This document shows positions 13,165 to 26,540 of a stretch of DNA of 64,000 nt, in pieces (positions within the stretch are counted from its first letter, which is position 1; each line of letters opens with the position of its first letter). A program made the position numbers and the translations under genes. The notes beneath the pieces were generated by a model. That model was given only the letters and a program-made list of their open reading frames with translations, was not told the DNA's origin and ran no database searches. The DNA lies in contig NC_087436.1 in the NCBI RefSeq assembly GCF_036321535.1, forward strand, positions 16,058,001-16,122,000. The letters run 5' to 3'. The stretch is from Camelus dromedarius. Lineage: Eukaryota.

Positions 13165-13380
13165 TGACAATGTAGCTAATATTTCATGAGTCCTTACGTT
13201 GTGTCAGAAACTGTTATGAGTGCTTTGTAAGTTTTAACTAGTTTAATCCTTACAGTAAACCTCTGAGGTGGTACTGTTACTATCTCTGATTTTATAAGTG
13301 AGAAAACAGATTAAAGAGGAAATAACCCAGAGTTACAGCTGGAATCCAGAGAGAGTCAGTTTATCTCTTAATCACAAATC
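13165..13380. mobile_element. MIR SINE
   Basis: MIR core-like tttaatccttacagtaaacctctgaggtggtactgttactatctctgattttataagtgagaaaacaga. Confidence 0.7.
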
Positions 13381-14739
13381 TCTGTATTTGGTTCACATTT
13401 TATTTGATTTCTATAGAAAGTGTGAATAGGATTTAATCGTCACATACATAGCAGCTTTATTCTAAGCTATTTAATTTTGTGCTTTATCTACTATAGATTT
13501 TCATTTTAATCTTTATCATCTTGCTATGAGATTTATAATATTGTATAATAACATTCTAAAGCATGGTAATAAAATATCTAAATAAAAACAAGTATTTCCA
13601 AACAGATTTTATTGTTACTTAAATTTTTAGTAGAGAAAATATATTTGTTCAGCTGTTTCACATGAGAGTCAATTTTGAGAGCAAACATTTTTAATATTTC
13701 CTACTCTTTTATTTTCATAGAAAAAGAATTCCCTTTGTTAATATTACAAAACCCCAATCGACTGAAGCATGTTTATGTTTAATATATTTCTAACTATATT
13801 GCTCTTAAATCTTAAATAATACTCTGCAAGATGAAGCATATTTTTTCCTAGACAGCTTATATTCTAAAGGTTATCTATATTCAGCCTTGAATTCATGCTG
13901 TGCATTCTTTAATAATATATCTGAACTTTATCTACTGCTAGTTACTTCCTCCTGTAGAAAAGAGATGTTGTCATGTATTTAATATACCATTTGTGGTTGT
14001 AAAGTAGCTGACTTGTTTCATTTATTATCAAGGGATTGATGACACTGTAGATCTGAAACGCACATCTCTTTAGTTCATCGCACGATTATCACTGGAGTGG
14101 GATATCCTTGACATCTTCTGCTTTTGATTTATGTAGAGGTTCCTTGAATGTCATGACATCATTGATTAGGCTTACATCTTTATTTTTTAATCTTACAGCT
14201 GTAAACAGAATGTTTGTTAAAAAATTATGTTGTGCAAAACATTGGACCCTGCCTTGTAAATATAGTGTGTAGGTAGGGGTACACAATTCATGACTTATTG
14301 TTTAAAAAATTGTCCATCAAAGTTTAGTTTATTTAAACTAGTATGATATATCTGTAAAACATGTGATCAAGATTATCAGATAATTTCGTTTTCAGGACTC
14401 TATGTAAGTTAAAGTCCACTGGAGCAAGAATTTTTTCATGCCCTTTTGGCTGATGTTGCTTTGAATTTCACATATTATACGGTAAAATTCACTTCATATT
14501 AGCTTCAGTGGAACTGCAAACTTGGTGGCTAGTCAGCTTATTTAAAGTAATAAAAATAGTCTTTTTTATGAAAAAAAAGGCCATGAAATACTTAATTTTT
14601 AATATAGCAGTCTATATTTTTTCTTTTAGATGAAGGACTTATTTTTCACATTAGCAAACAAACTATTTCTCAATAAAATAGTGAACTTTTTTTTTTTTTG
14701 CCAGTTAAGTACTTTCACATTTTTTAAAATCAGTATGCA

Positions 14740-14960
14740 CTTCTATGGCACCACTTACTCATCAAGACTCTTAGCAAGTATAAAATAAATATTTATAATA
14801 ACCTTTTGAGGTAAATATTATTATCATTATCCTAGTTTTATGGATAAGAAAACTTGAAGCACAGAGAGGTTAAAAAATTTGCTATAAATTATACAGCTAA
14901 TACATGATGAATTTAGGATTTGAATCCAAGTAGTCTGATACAAAGTTAGGACTTTGTTAT
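14740..14960. mobile_element. MIR SINE
   Basis: ttttatggataagaaaacttgaagcacagagaggttaa...ggatttgaatccaagtagtctga. Confidence 0.72.
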
Positions 14961-16974
14961 GTGACCTCTCACATCATCTACTAAGTGATTTAATGGACAT
15001 TTTCTCATTTCAGCATCATAACAGATCTGTGAAAGTATGCACGATAGAATGAGAGAATGTGATTTTGCCTTTGTTACATAGCTAGTAAATTGTTTTTTTT
15101 AATCAGAACTCATGTCTCATAACAATTACCCAGTGTATTCTCTGTCCCCATATCCTCTGTTGGCCTTATGGTATCATTAAGTGTTTTGCTGTTGAAGTAA
15201 TATATTATTCAACATATGTTTAACAGTTCTGAAGGAGTGTGAGCATATTAACAAATATATTACTAGAGACCTAAACTACCAATTTTAGGGTTAATTTTGA
15301 TGAATTATCTGATTTATCTCCTTAGTATTTGCATTTTTTTTTAAGAATGATCATCATTTGCTTTCTGTTATTCAAAATAAGTGTTTATTTTCCTAATTGT
15401 AGTAAGATACATGTTTATTTATAGGAAGTTTAGAAAATACTGAAAAATAGGAATAAAAATCATTAATTGTCTAGCTTTAACTACTGTTTAACTCCATTGT
15501 TTTTCTTTTAATTCAAAGTTGAAATAATTGTAGACCTACAAGTAGTGAAAGTACTACAAAGGTCCCATGTACCTTACTGTATTTTTAAAATACTCCTATA
15601 CTCATTTACTCATTCCCTGAAAGTACCCACTTACCAAATTAGAATTATAAGGATGCTTTTTAAAAAGCTGACATTAAAATAATTTTTTCTGAGCAGTTTG
15701 CCATTATTGAAATATTTTTAGAAACATCGATTTATAAAACTGTGATTTTCCTGAATATAAACATGTAATAATTAATTTTACCATTCCTTATTCTTAAATA
15801 CTTAAATTCTGTTCAGTTTGCTCTTACAAAGAAAGCTTTGAAGAATATCAATGTTCATAAATCTTTATTTGCATTTTTGATTTTTTTAGGTGGGCTAAAT
15901 TAATTTAAGTGAAAATCTGGGGTTGGAGTGAATTCCTTTGAGTATCTTAATACATATTGATAAATTTCTTTCCAAAACTCTTCATCTCATACATTTTCCC
16001 ATTTCACTGCACATTGCCACATTTGAATAGTTTTCAGTTTGATAAATAAAAGTATATTGTCTATTGTTTTAAAGTCTGCATTGTTTTTGTTACTAGTGAG
16101 TGTGAAGTTGAACACTGTTTCATTATGATGACTATTTTTATTAATATCTATTTGCTTTCGTTGCCCAAAATAAATATTTATGATTTTCTTGCTGATTTAT
16201 TAAATGGCTTTATATTTTGAATGTATTGACCTTTGTTTTATTTTGTTGCTGTATTTTTCCCCAGAATTTACTTTTCTTCATGATGTTTATAGCCATTTAA
16301 ATATAATCGAATTTAAAGATTTTCCTTTACCTATCATTGCTTTCATTACTTTTAGGCTTAGGAAGTGTTTTTTCTCATCTCAGGATTACTGAAGTATTCT
16401 GTATTTCTTCTGGTTTTCTATGGGTGTAGCCTTTAATTTTAGTTTTATAAGTATTGGAGGTATTTTTCTTTGTACCGTATAGATAAGACTAATCTGATTT
16501 TCTCCAAAAGTATTAACCGGTTTCTCAAAATTACCTTTCTTTGGTTCGTGAGGCTTTCTTTATCATATATTACACTCTCATGTTTGTTAGGGCTCATTTC
16601 AAACAATTCTATTGTGTTTTAAAGTTTTGTTGTTGTTGTTTTTGTTGTTTTGCTAACTGCACAGTTACTAATAATTAATGCATGGATATTGTCAACATTT
16701 AGAATGTTAACTGGAGAGGTGACACAATTGTTCATTTATTTTTTTTTCTTTTACTAATACATTTTTCTTTTAAAGCTATGGTTTAAAAAAATATGATACC
16801 TAAATTTTAGGGAGAAAAGGAGAGATTACATACCACAGTTCATTCACAAAGATAAAAAAATTTTTTTGGATATTCCAAACCTGAATTATATATTTTATGT
16901 GTGTACCTGCCCCGTGCTCAGCTTTGTTTTCATCATAGGCACAGTAATTCTTTCAGTCTCCAGACTTTGAAAGT

Positions 16975-18210
16975 GATAGTTGCAACCAAAGAACAAATAG
17001 ATAAATTGGACTTTACAGAAGTCTACAGTGTTTGGGGTTCAAAAGGCACTATGAAGAAGGGGAAAGGACAATCCACCGAATGGGAGAACTTATTGCCAAT
17101 CTTATCTTTGATAAGAGTCTAGTATCTAGAATATAAGAAGAATATGAAGAATATCTAGAATATAATGAAGTTTTACAACTCAGCACTAAAGAGAGATCTG
17201 CCGCCTCCTCCTCGTGCCTCCGGGCTACCAGGAAGCCGTAGTTGCCGTGCTCCTTTCCTTTTCTCAGGATACTTTGTGCCTTTTGTTTCCAACCTGGGCC
17301 AAGCAGAATGACTCCCACAAAAAGTGGTGGCAGGATGAAAGGGCATTCTACCATCAACAAGACAGAGATTGAAGAATACACGTTCACACTGTGGGCTTCA
17401 AGAGGCATGGCCTTTGAGCACTCAAAAGAGATTCGGAAATTTGCCATGAAGAAGATGGGAACTCCTGATGTGTGCGTTGACACCAGGGTGAGCAGAGCTG
17501 TCTGGGCCAATGGAATGAGGAAGGTCTTACACCTTATCAGTGTGCTGTTGTCTAGAAGATGGAAAGAGGATGAAGAATCATCACTTAAGCTGTATCCATT
17601 GGCTAACTAGGTACCTGTCACCACTTTAGAAAATCGAGAGATGCTGTAAATGAGAACTGACTTCTGATTGTCAAGTAGTTATAAAACTGCAGATATACCA
17701 ATGAAGAGACAAATATCAGAATTTAAAAATAGGTAGAGGATTTGAATAGGTATTTCTTTGAGGATGATATACAAATGGCCAATAAGCACATGAAAAGATG
17801 CTTAACATCGTTATCATTAAGGAAGCGCAAATTGAAACCACAATGAGATACCACTTCTTACCTACTGGAATAGTTGTAATAGAAAAGCCAGCTAATAACA
17901 TGAGTTGGTAGGGATATAATGAAATTAGAACCCTATATGCCAATGGTGGGAATGTAAAATGGTGCATCCATGTCAGAAAACAGGTTGGCAGTTTCTTAAA
18001 TGGTTAATTATAGAGTTACCTTATGACCCAGTAATTCCACTATTATGTGTATACCCAAGAAAATTGAAAACATGCATCCACATGAAACCTTATATATAGT
18101 GGTGTTATTCATAATAACCAAAAAGTAGAATTCACCCAAATGTCCATCACCTGATGAATGGATAAAGAAAATCTGGGATATTCAGACAGTGCAATATTAT
18201 TCATCCACAT
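16975..18210 (+). mobile_element. Old L1 (L1MB-like) ORF2 3' region, split by the RPL31 retrocopy
   Basis: aaatagataaattggacttt...ttttacaactcagca | gacaaatatcagaatttaaaaatagg...cccaaatgtccatcacctgatgaatggataaa. Confidence 0.85.
17195..17695 (+). pseudogene. RPL31 (pseudogene): Processed pseudogene of 60S ribosomal protein L31 (eL31)
   Basis: Intronless. ATG at 17308 gives MTPTKSGGRMKGHSTIN...[34 protein letters not shown]...RRWKEDEESSLKLY, against recalled RPL31 MAPAKKGGEKKKGRSAIN...[34 protein letters not shown]. Internal deletions and a premature TAG at 17608-17610. Degenerate TSD cactaaagaga / caatgaagaga. Confidence 0.93.
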
Positions 18211-19824
18211 ATAAATACATACATGTGTAATATATATGTACATTATGTTTGCATATGTTATATACATATATATTGAAATCACAAATTGAAGAATAAATAT
18301 AGTTCATATTTCAGAGATCTGTTACATATGGACACATAAAAATTTTCCAACCAGTATTCTTTTTAATAGGAATTATCTACAGTGTATTCATTTAGCCTCA
18401 GTAGTGCTTTAATTGGTTTGTCTAATTAGTGTTAAAATTTTTTTTATTTTACTTTTTTGTTGTTAGACTAACACACTGTATTATATTCTCATGCTGTAGA
18501 GTTTGGGGGATCATGTATATTATCCACACAGCCTTTAAATCTGGGTTTATGATTATCAGTGAATATTGAAGATTTCTTGGTACTTTTACATGACTTCAGG
18601 CATTCATTGTAAATCTTGTTTGGCAGCCAGCTTCTCTGCATGATTTCTCTTCAGTAATTAAATTTAGCATTTCCAGCTGCTAAAAAATTTGTTGGCCTTT
18701 TCTGTTCATTTGTGTTTCTTCACGCGTAAAGTGTAAGACATCCACATAGTTTTAATTCTCTTAAAGTGCCATTTTATAGTCTGGGTTTGGCAGTTATTTT
18801 CTGTTGATGGTTTACTTGCTTATTCTAAGTGTGAATCTAAAATTTTAATCTGAAATGTTAATCTAAATATAAATCTGATACATATCAGATATGTGATTGC
18901 CCTAAGTGATTTTCTTCCAGTGATTTCTAGGGGTTTAGATTCTGTTCCCCTTAGAATGTCAAACTAGGTTATTCCTAAAGATGTATAATTTCAGACATCT
19001 GTATTTTCTAGGTGTAGATATAAGCAGTTGTACAGAACTGTAAGTTGGGCTAATTACCTTTGAATTTAATGGATCTTTTGGTTATCATACAGCAGAATAA
19101 TTTTAAATGTAAGAAAGCTTGTGTATTTTTTTATATTACTTTATCAATTTTATTTGTATGAGGGATGATTTTTGATATAGATTGTTTTTTTTTGTGAATG
19201 TGTTTACTGATACTACTGAGCCACAGTCTGTCTTCAGCCGGTATTATGCTTGAAATTCAATGCCCATTATTCTCCACTACTACAAAACACACTTTTCACA
19301 GATAATACGGTTCTTTGTGATAAATTATGAACATCTATCTATAGCTTGCTATTTTTAGATGTCTCAAATGGTCATTCTTTAAAATATTAGTAAATTCATA
19401 TATGAACAGCCAATGAAAGTCCTGGTATAATCCTAACTTGTGGACTTATTTATAATTATAGTATTTAAACTGTTAATATTTTAGGTCCTTTATAGAGAAT
19501 CAGCTTGTACCAGTGGATGTATGGTATATGGTTGATTAGGTGATTTAAAATATTTATTAGCATAATTCTCCAAATATATCGTTCTAGTTTATATTACATT
19601 GTTAAATATAATTTGCTGACATAATAAATTGACATAGCATCAAATGGAGGAGTAGTAACAGTTCAGATGTCTTTGTTTTAAGTGGAAACTATTTTTTATT
19701 GATTCTTGTTTTCAGAAGAGTGTTAGACCATAGGATACGATTTAGTAGATGAAATGTTTTAATTAGAGAATGAAAAATTACATCTAAAAGGAGATGGAGA
19801 TTTTAAAAATTATTTTAAAAATTA

Positions 19825-21805
19825 TTTATTTTTGAAATTCATGTGGAATTGCAAGTGGCCCTGAGTGGCCAAAGCAGTCTTGAAAGAAAAAAGAACAAAA
19901 TTAGAGCACTCACATGTCCTGATTTGAAAATTTACTACAGAGCTGTAGTAATCCTGGTACTGGCATAATTATAGACATTTATAACAGAAGAATAGAACTG
20001 AGAGTCCAGAAGTAAATTTGTACATATAAGACCAATTGATTTTTGAAAAGGGTGACAAGATAATTCAATGTGAAAAGAATAGCCTCTTCAACAAAGTGTG
20101 GTAAGACAACTGGATGTCCACATGTGAAAGAGGAAAATTGATCCCTACATCCTACTATATACGAAGATTAATTCTCAGTGGATCAATGACCTAAACATAA
20201 GAGCTAAACCATAAACTCTTAGGAAGAAATATGGTGGTTAATCTTCATTACTGTGGATGTGGAAATGAATTCTTAGATATGACACCAAAAGCACAGGTAT
20301 CCAAAGAAAAATTGGTAATTGGATGCCATCCAAATTAAAACCTCTTGAGTATTACAGGGCATTATCAAGAAAGTAAAAAGATAACCTATAGAATGGGAGA
20401 AAATATTTACAATTCTGTGTCTCATAAGGATCTGTTTTCCAGATGTTAAGATTTATTTAGCTCCACAACAAAAAATCAAATAACCCAAATGAAAAAATGA
20501 GCAAAGAACTTAAATGGACTTTTCTCTGAAGAAGATACACAAAATGGCCAACTAATACATAAAAAGCTGTTCAGCAGGATTAGTCATTAGGGAAATGCAA
20601 ATTAAAACCACAGTGAGATACCACTTCACCCCCACTAGCACAGCTAAAATAAGATAGGCAGTAACAAATGTTGGTAAGGGTATGATAGATATCAGAACGT
20701 TTATACACTGTTGGTGAAATGTCAGATGGTATAGACGCTATGGAAACAGTTTAGTAGTTCTACAAAAATTTGAAAGAATTACCATACGACCCAGTAATTA
20801 CACTCCTAGTAATATATCCAAAAGAACTGAAAGTAGTTACTTGAATAAGTATAGGTGCATGCAGGTGTTGTTTAGTTTGTGTGTCAGCTTGACTAGGATA
20901 CCCAGATAGCTGTTAAAATATTACCACTGTGTGTGTCTATGAGGGTGTTTCCAGAAGAGATTAGTATTTGAATAAGTAGAGTGAATAAAGACGATCACTC
21001 TCCTTAGTGCTGTTGGGCAGTATCCAATCCACTGAGGGCCTGAATAATGCAGAAAAGTGGAGGAAGGGTGAACTTACTCTCTGCTTGAGCTGAGACATTT
21101 ATCTTATCCTGCCTTTGGACATTAGTGCTCCTGATTCTCAGGTTTTTGGACTAGGACAAAGACTTAAACCATTATCCCCTCCCAGTTCTCAGACTGAGTT
21201 ACACAACCAGTTTTCCTGGTTCTTCAGCTTTCAGATTGTGGATTGTGGGACTTCTCGACCCTGTGAACCAATCACTTTAATAAATCTCTTATGTGTAAGT
21301 CTGTATATCTTATTGGTTCTGTTCCTCTTGAAAACCTTGACTAATACAGAGCATATTTATAGTAGCACAATTCACAATAGCCCAAAAGTGGAAACAGCCT
21401 AAATGTCCATCAATGCATGAATGGATAAACAAATTGTCCTATGTACATACAGTGAAATATTATGCAGTCATAAAAAAAGGAACAGAGTACTGATACATAC
21501 TACAATATAGATGATTCTCAAAATGTAATGCTAAGTGTAAGAAGCCAAAGCACAAAAATATATAAATCATTTTTATGAAATATGCAAAATAGATAAACCC
21601 ATAAAGACAGAATGCAGATTGGCTGGGGAGTGGGGAATGGAGAGAAACGGCTTAATAGATGAAGAGTTAACTTTGGGGTGATGGAAGTGTTTTGGAACTA
21701 GATAATTGTGATGGTTGCACAACATTGTTAGTGTACTTAATGTCATTGAATTGTGTACTTTAAAGTGGCTAATTTTTGGTGAATTTCATTTTAATGAATT
21801 ATTTT
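19825..21805 (+). mobile_element. L1MB-like LINE-1, ORF2 3' part and 3' UTR
   Basis: tgaaattcatgtggaattgcaag...gtcattagggaaatgcaaattaaaaccacagtgagataccac...gatggttgcacaacattgttagtgtacttaatgtcattgaattgtgtactttaaa. Confidence 0.88.
20860..21348 (+). mobile_element. MLT2-type (ERVL) solo LTR nested in the L1
   Basis: gtgtgtcagcttgactagg...gagggtgtttccagaagagattag...ggttctgttcctcttgaaaaccttgactaataca. Probable 5-bp TSD gtgca / gagca. Confidence 0.85.
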
Positions 21806-21942
21806 AAAAAATATTTTTGAGTCCGTGGAGCTGTTCAGTATATTGAGCATTGCAAAAGGCTTAAAAGAGTTTGTTTTGCCTGAGTTGCTAGATACTGTAA
21901 TCCTCTTCATTGGGAAATGAGGAGAAAGAACATTGAGAAGAG

Positions 21943-22408
21943 TGTTACTGAAAAACCAGCCTCTGTACCCAGAGAGCTGAATTGAGAGTTGGTAGCAGAG
22001 TTTTGGGAGAATAGAAAAGAACAGTTTTATTGCTTTGCCAGGCATAGGGAGTCATGGCAGGCTAATGCCTTAAAGACTGTGAATCCGTCTTGGAGTTGGG
22101 ATTTTAAGGTTTTATAGAAAAACTGGATGGGACAGAAAAGGTGATAACAATCAGGGCATGTTGCAGGGTGTTACATTCTCTTCATCTTGATAAGAACTGG
22201 CTGTTGTTATGGACAAGTTTAGGAGGGTCTACCCATTTTTTTGAGGTTCAGTCCATGACCTTCTTTGAAGACCTCTAGGGTAAAAGGATGTTACTATTTC
22301 AAGAAAAGAATGCACAGAGAAGGGAGCATTTTAGTCATATGATTAGTTTAGCTAGAATTACAGGCCCAAACAACTCAAGAACCATCTTGTTATTTTTCTA
22401 GTCTTTCA
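21943..22408 (-). mobile_element. ERV1-class solo LTR
   Basis: TG...CA ends, 4-bp TSD agag (21939-21942 / 22409-22412), minus-strand GCAAAGCAATAAA poly(A) region. Confidence 0.85.
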
Positions 22409-23109
22409 AGAGCAGTTTGGAATGTATTCAGGCTTTGGTTTTGGGGGAACTGCACATGGACATATCTGATAGCAATCTGGAAATACAGATTTAGTGGCTA
22501 GGTAAGATATAGCTGGATATTCAAGTTATACTTGGATGTTTTTAGCTGATAGATAGTAGTTGAATTGTCGCTCTGTTTAAGCCACCGGTAGAGTGTAGCA
22601 GACGAGAAGAGTACCAAGCTATCCTAACAACTGAGTGTTACTACGTCCTTTGGCAAGTACTCAGTTAAACTAATTCATTTACCATTACCCCACGTAAATG
22701 ATTTCATTCATACTTTTCCCCACTCCTCAAAACCAAATGTCCTCCTATAAACGTACTGTCAACTGAAGCCCTTAACTCATATTTTTTTTTTTACGGAAAC
22801 AGATCTCATCAACTTGGAATGAACATTGCATCTGTTCATCACCAAACTAATCAATATATATTTGTTAGTTTCCTCCCACTCGAGAGCCCCACCTTTTTCA
22901 TTGGCAAATGTATTCGGCCAGACTTTGCTTATTCACTTACTTCTTCTCTTTTCTGAATCAGTCTTCCTTTTCTCATGGAAAAGCAGAGGAATGTGTTAAA
23001 ATATATTCTATCTTTAAATAAACTGAAGGCAAACTCAGAACCTTCTCTTGACTTCCCTCTGCTGCTTCCTCTTTTAGCATTTTAAGTGCTTCACTCTGCT
23101 TCCTGTTTT

Positions 23110-23600
23110 AGGAAGAGATTGAAAGGAGATGAAGGCTTAAATAGGAAGACCAATTACTGCAATAATTGAGATAAGAAATAATTACTTTGACTAGGCTAAT
23201 GGCAGTGAAGGTAGTGAGAAGTGGTTGAATCTTAATCTACTTCATTTTAGAGTTAACAGGATATGCTGATAGATTTAATATATTGCAAGAATGAAGGGCA
23301 TCAAGGCTGACTGGAAGTTTTTGTTTGAGCAACTAGAGGAACGGAGTTGCTCAAGTGGTAAGACTTTAGAAGGATCAGGGCAAGGAGGGAAGGGCTGGAG
23401 CCCAGTTTTGAACATGTTTAGTTTGAAATGTCTATTAGCCATCCAAGTGGAGATGTCCATTAGGCAGTTGGATATATAAACTTGCAATTCCTGAAAGGAG
23501 TGTAGGCTCAGGATACAAATTTGGGAGTCCCCACTGTAACTGGTGGTATTTAATGCCATGATTAGGGTGAGATCACCAAATAAGTGAATATCGACAGAAA
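23110..23600 (-). mobile_element. L2 LINE fragment including an RT remnant
   Basis: Minus ORF 23275-23559, YSGDSQICILS...ISNCLMDISTWMANRHFKLNMFKT, resembles the L2 RT segment YADDSQIY...ISNCLLDISTWMS..HLKLNMSKT. Confidence 0.85.
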
Positions 23601-26309
23601 GTTATTCTTCCTGAAGGTAGGTAGAAAGCTGGAAATTGGTGGTTCTGAAAGTCTATTTTTAAAAGTTCTGGAAAGAACAATAAACTGTCAAAAGATGCTG
23701 ATATATTAATATAGGACAACTCATTAACCATTTGTCTCAGCAAACTGTTCTTTCTGCTTTTTACAGTTTAACTCCTAACCTTTATGTTCCCCTTTCTAAG
23801 TCACCTCAGAGGCCTTCTGGGATCACCCCACCAAAGTAGGTCACTCTTCCCTGCTACAGGATGTTCTCTGTCTTGGCCCCTTTTTTTGAATTGACTTCAT
23901 AATAAACCACTTATAAAGTAATTTCTTTACATGTTATTATGTCTCAGTATAAGAGTTGAAATCATGCTTCTCTTTTGCCCCTTTTTGTAATTTTCAGTTC
24001 TTAGTAACAGATATGTAATTGATGTTCAGTAAATATTTGTTTATTGGATAAAAGGATAGAATCCTTGGGAATTCTATCAGATTTAAGAATGTGAAATGAA
24101 TTTTTAAATTTAGCTTTTGCTTCTTTGTCTTACTGGTGTTCATACATTAATAACTAATATTTGTTGAGTGTTCATTGTATGGCAGTAAGTATTATACTGT
24201 GCTGGTTGATTCTCTATAATTATCTTAATTTGACACTTGAGTTTAGTATGAACATGAATACATCTTCCCCATGATAATATTTTATAGGATTGGAAGTCTC
24301 TACGTTATAGTCAGGTTATATATGGAGTTGAAAGTCATTTTTCTCAGTAGGGAAAATGATCTTCAGAATACAGAAAATGCTTATACCATTCAAAGATTCC
24401 TCAACTGTTCAGGCCTACAGTGGTTGTATTATGATTTAAATAATGACTTTAGGTCAACTGGAAAGAAAGTTTATTCTTGGTTACAATAGGCAATATGACT
24501 TAAATAATAACTTCTTTCCTTTAACATGAATCCTCCCTTTTTTTTCTTTTTTCTTTCCCATTCAGGCAGTCTTAGTCTCTTTCTGAATTCTCAGTGACAG
24601 ACAGTGCAGCTATCTGCTTTATGTTATCACTATTTGCTTCGCATGATTTCTAAACTCTTAGGAAATGACTTCCATCCCCCTAAAGCTCCCAGCATAGTGA
24701 TTTTCACGTAGCCTTTGCTCAGTAAGGTAAATTGGAAGAGTTGATGTATATAGCATCTTTGCTTTTAGGAATGTAACTTTGTTCATCTTGTCGGACAGTG
24801 TGTGACCATATCATGGAGGTGAAGTGGGAGAATTTGACCAATGGAGATGCAAATGTTTTGTCTCAGAATTTTATGAATTATCTGAAACTGTAGTGTGGTA
24901 TATTCATCTAGAGATATACTTTGCTTCTGCATCTAGGAAGGATTATATAAGAAGAATGCAGATATATGATTCCATGTTCAATATCTGCATTTCTTTTTGA
25001 TGTATGGAATTTCATTCAACATAGGTTGAAGAAAAAAGATGAAGAATAGTCCTGTCACTTTGTAGTAAATGCAAGCCACTAAAAATGAGGAAATCTAAAT
25101 CTCATTTTTTACCTTTTAAATGCTTTTTCTTCAGTTATGGCAAGAAAAGAATTTCTATGTAAATAATATATGGCATTCATTTATGCATAATAATACAGCA
25201 CATGCTGACTATTTTATCTATATATTGCTGAGAATATCTCTTTCAAGAGAGTAATAACGGCATGATGTCTGGGTAATAATTTTTAAATGACTCACTCTGG
25301 CAAATCATAGAAAAGCATTTTTCTAAAAAGTCAGTATTATGTGAAGGCACTGTCTTATATAGAAGAGCAGAAAATTTTCCCTTTGTGGAAATTTAACATG
25401 CACATGATACTTTTTCACTTCCCTTTTAAAAGGGAAGTTAGTTATTATTTTAACTAATTAAGTTATTTTAAAAATTAAAATTTTATATATTTTGTATCTT
25501 TTGAGCAGGCTTTTTATGGTATCATATGTATATATTTTATAACATAAGATTATTTACTTTGTTTAAAAATTAGTAAACTTGCCCCAACAGAACTGTCAAC
25601 AGTATTGTAATAACGTTTTAGAGTATTGTTAGAAAGAAGATAAACACTTTTAATTCAAACATACACTCTCAGTAACAATAAATACCTTGTTCTAGATTCT
25701 TTATTATGGACAGAGTTTTTTTTTTCTCCTAATTCCTATCACCTAACACAGTACCTGGCAGATAATAGATTGATTGTTTACAGAATTAAGAATGTCTGCT
25801 TTACATTGTAATGTGACATGATTTTTCTTTAGCTTTCTGTAAGAAAGAGAAACTTTCACTTGAGAATGAGGTACAAAAGCAGGGAACCCGTGTGTATTTC
25901 CTAAATTACATGGTACCATATTAACCAGCAATTTAATCCATTTGATTCTTTATTCCACTTCCTTTTTTTTAGCTTGTTAACCAGTACAGCAGGCATGATT
26001 CATTTTTCATTTACTTTTATTGTTTATCTTTTTGTTAACTAAAAGTATTAAAATGAATACAGGCAATGAAAACAGACAATAAAGAAATTTTGCAGAGAAT
26101 ATGTAAGCTTCTAAATAATTGGTCATTTATTTTAGCTAGATGTGATTCTTCTACATTTTAACTATTTTCCAAGTCTTATTTTTTAACACAACATTTTATA
26201 TAATATTTTCTAATATTTAAATCCATCGTTTTATTATGGATTATGGCTGTAATGTTTAAATTTTATACAATTATGTTTAATAGAGACAGTGATACTATGA
26301 TTATAATAA

Positions 26310-26540
26310 TAGTGGCTTACTTTTACTGACTGCTATGTGTCAGTTTCTCAGAGTGCTTTGATAGATTATTCGTTTTATCTTTAGAACCCTAAAGTTGTTT
26401 CAGAGAGGCATTACTTTTAGGCCCATTATACAGAATAAGGAAGCTGAGGCTCAGAGGCTTAGTAATATCTGCAAAGTTATACATTTAACATAGGAATTAG
26501 AATCTGGTTTTGAATTCTGTTTTTTTACTTTGTGCTTATA
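26310..26540. mobile_element. MIR SINE
   Basis: cccattatacagaataaggaagctgaggctcagaggcttagtaa. Confidence 0.7.
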
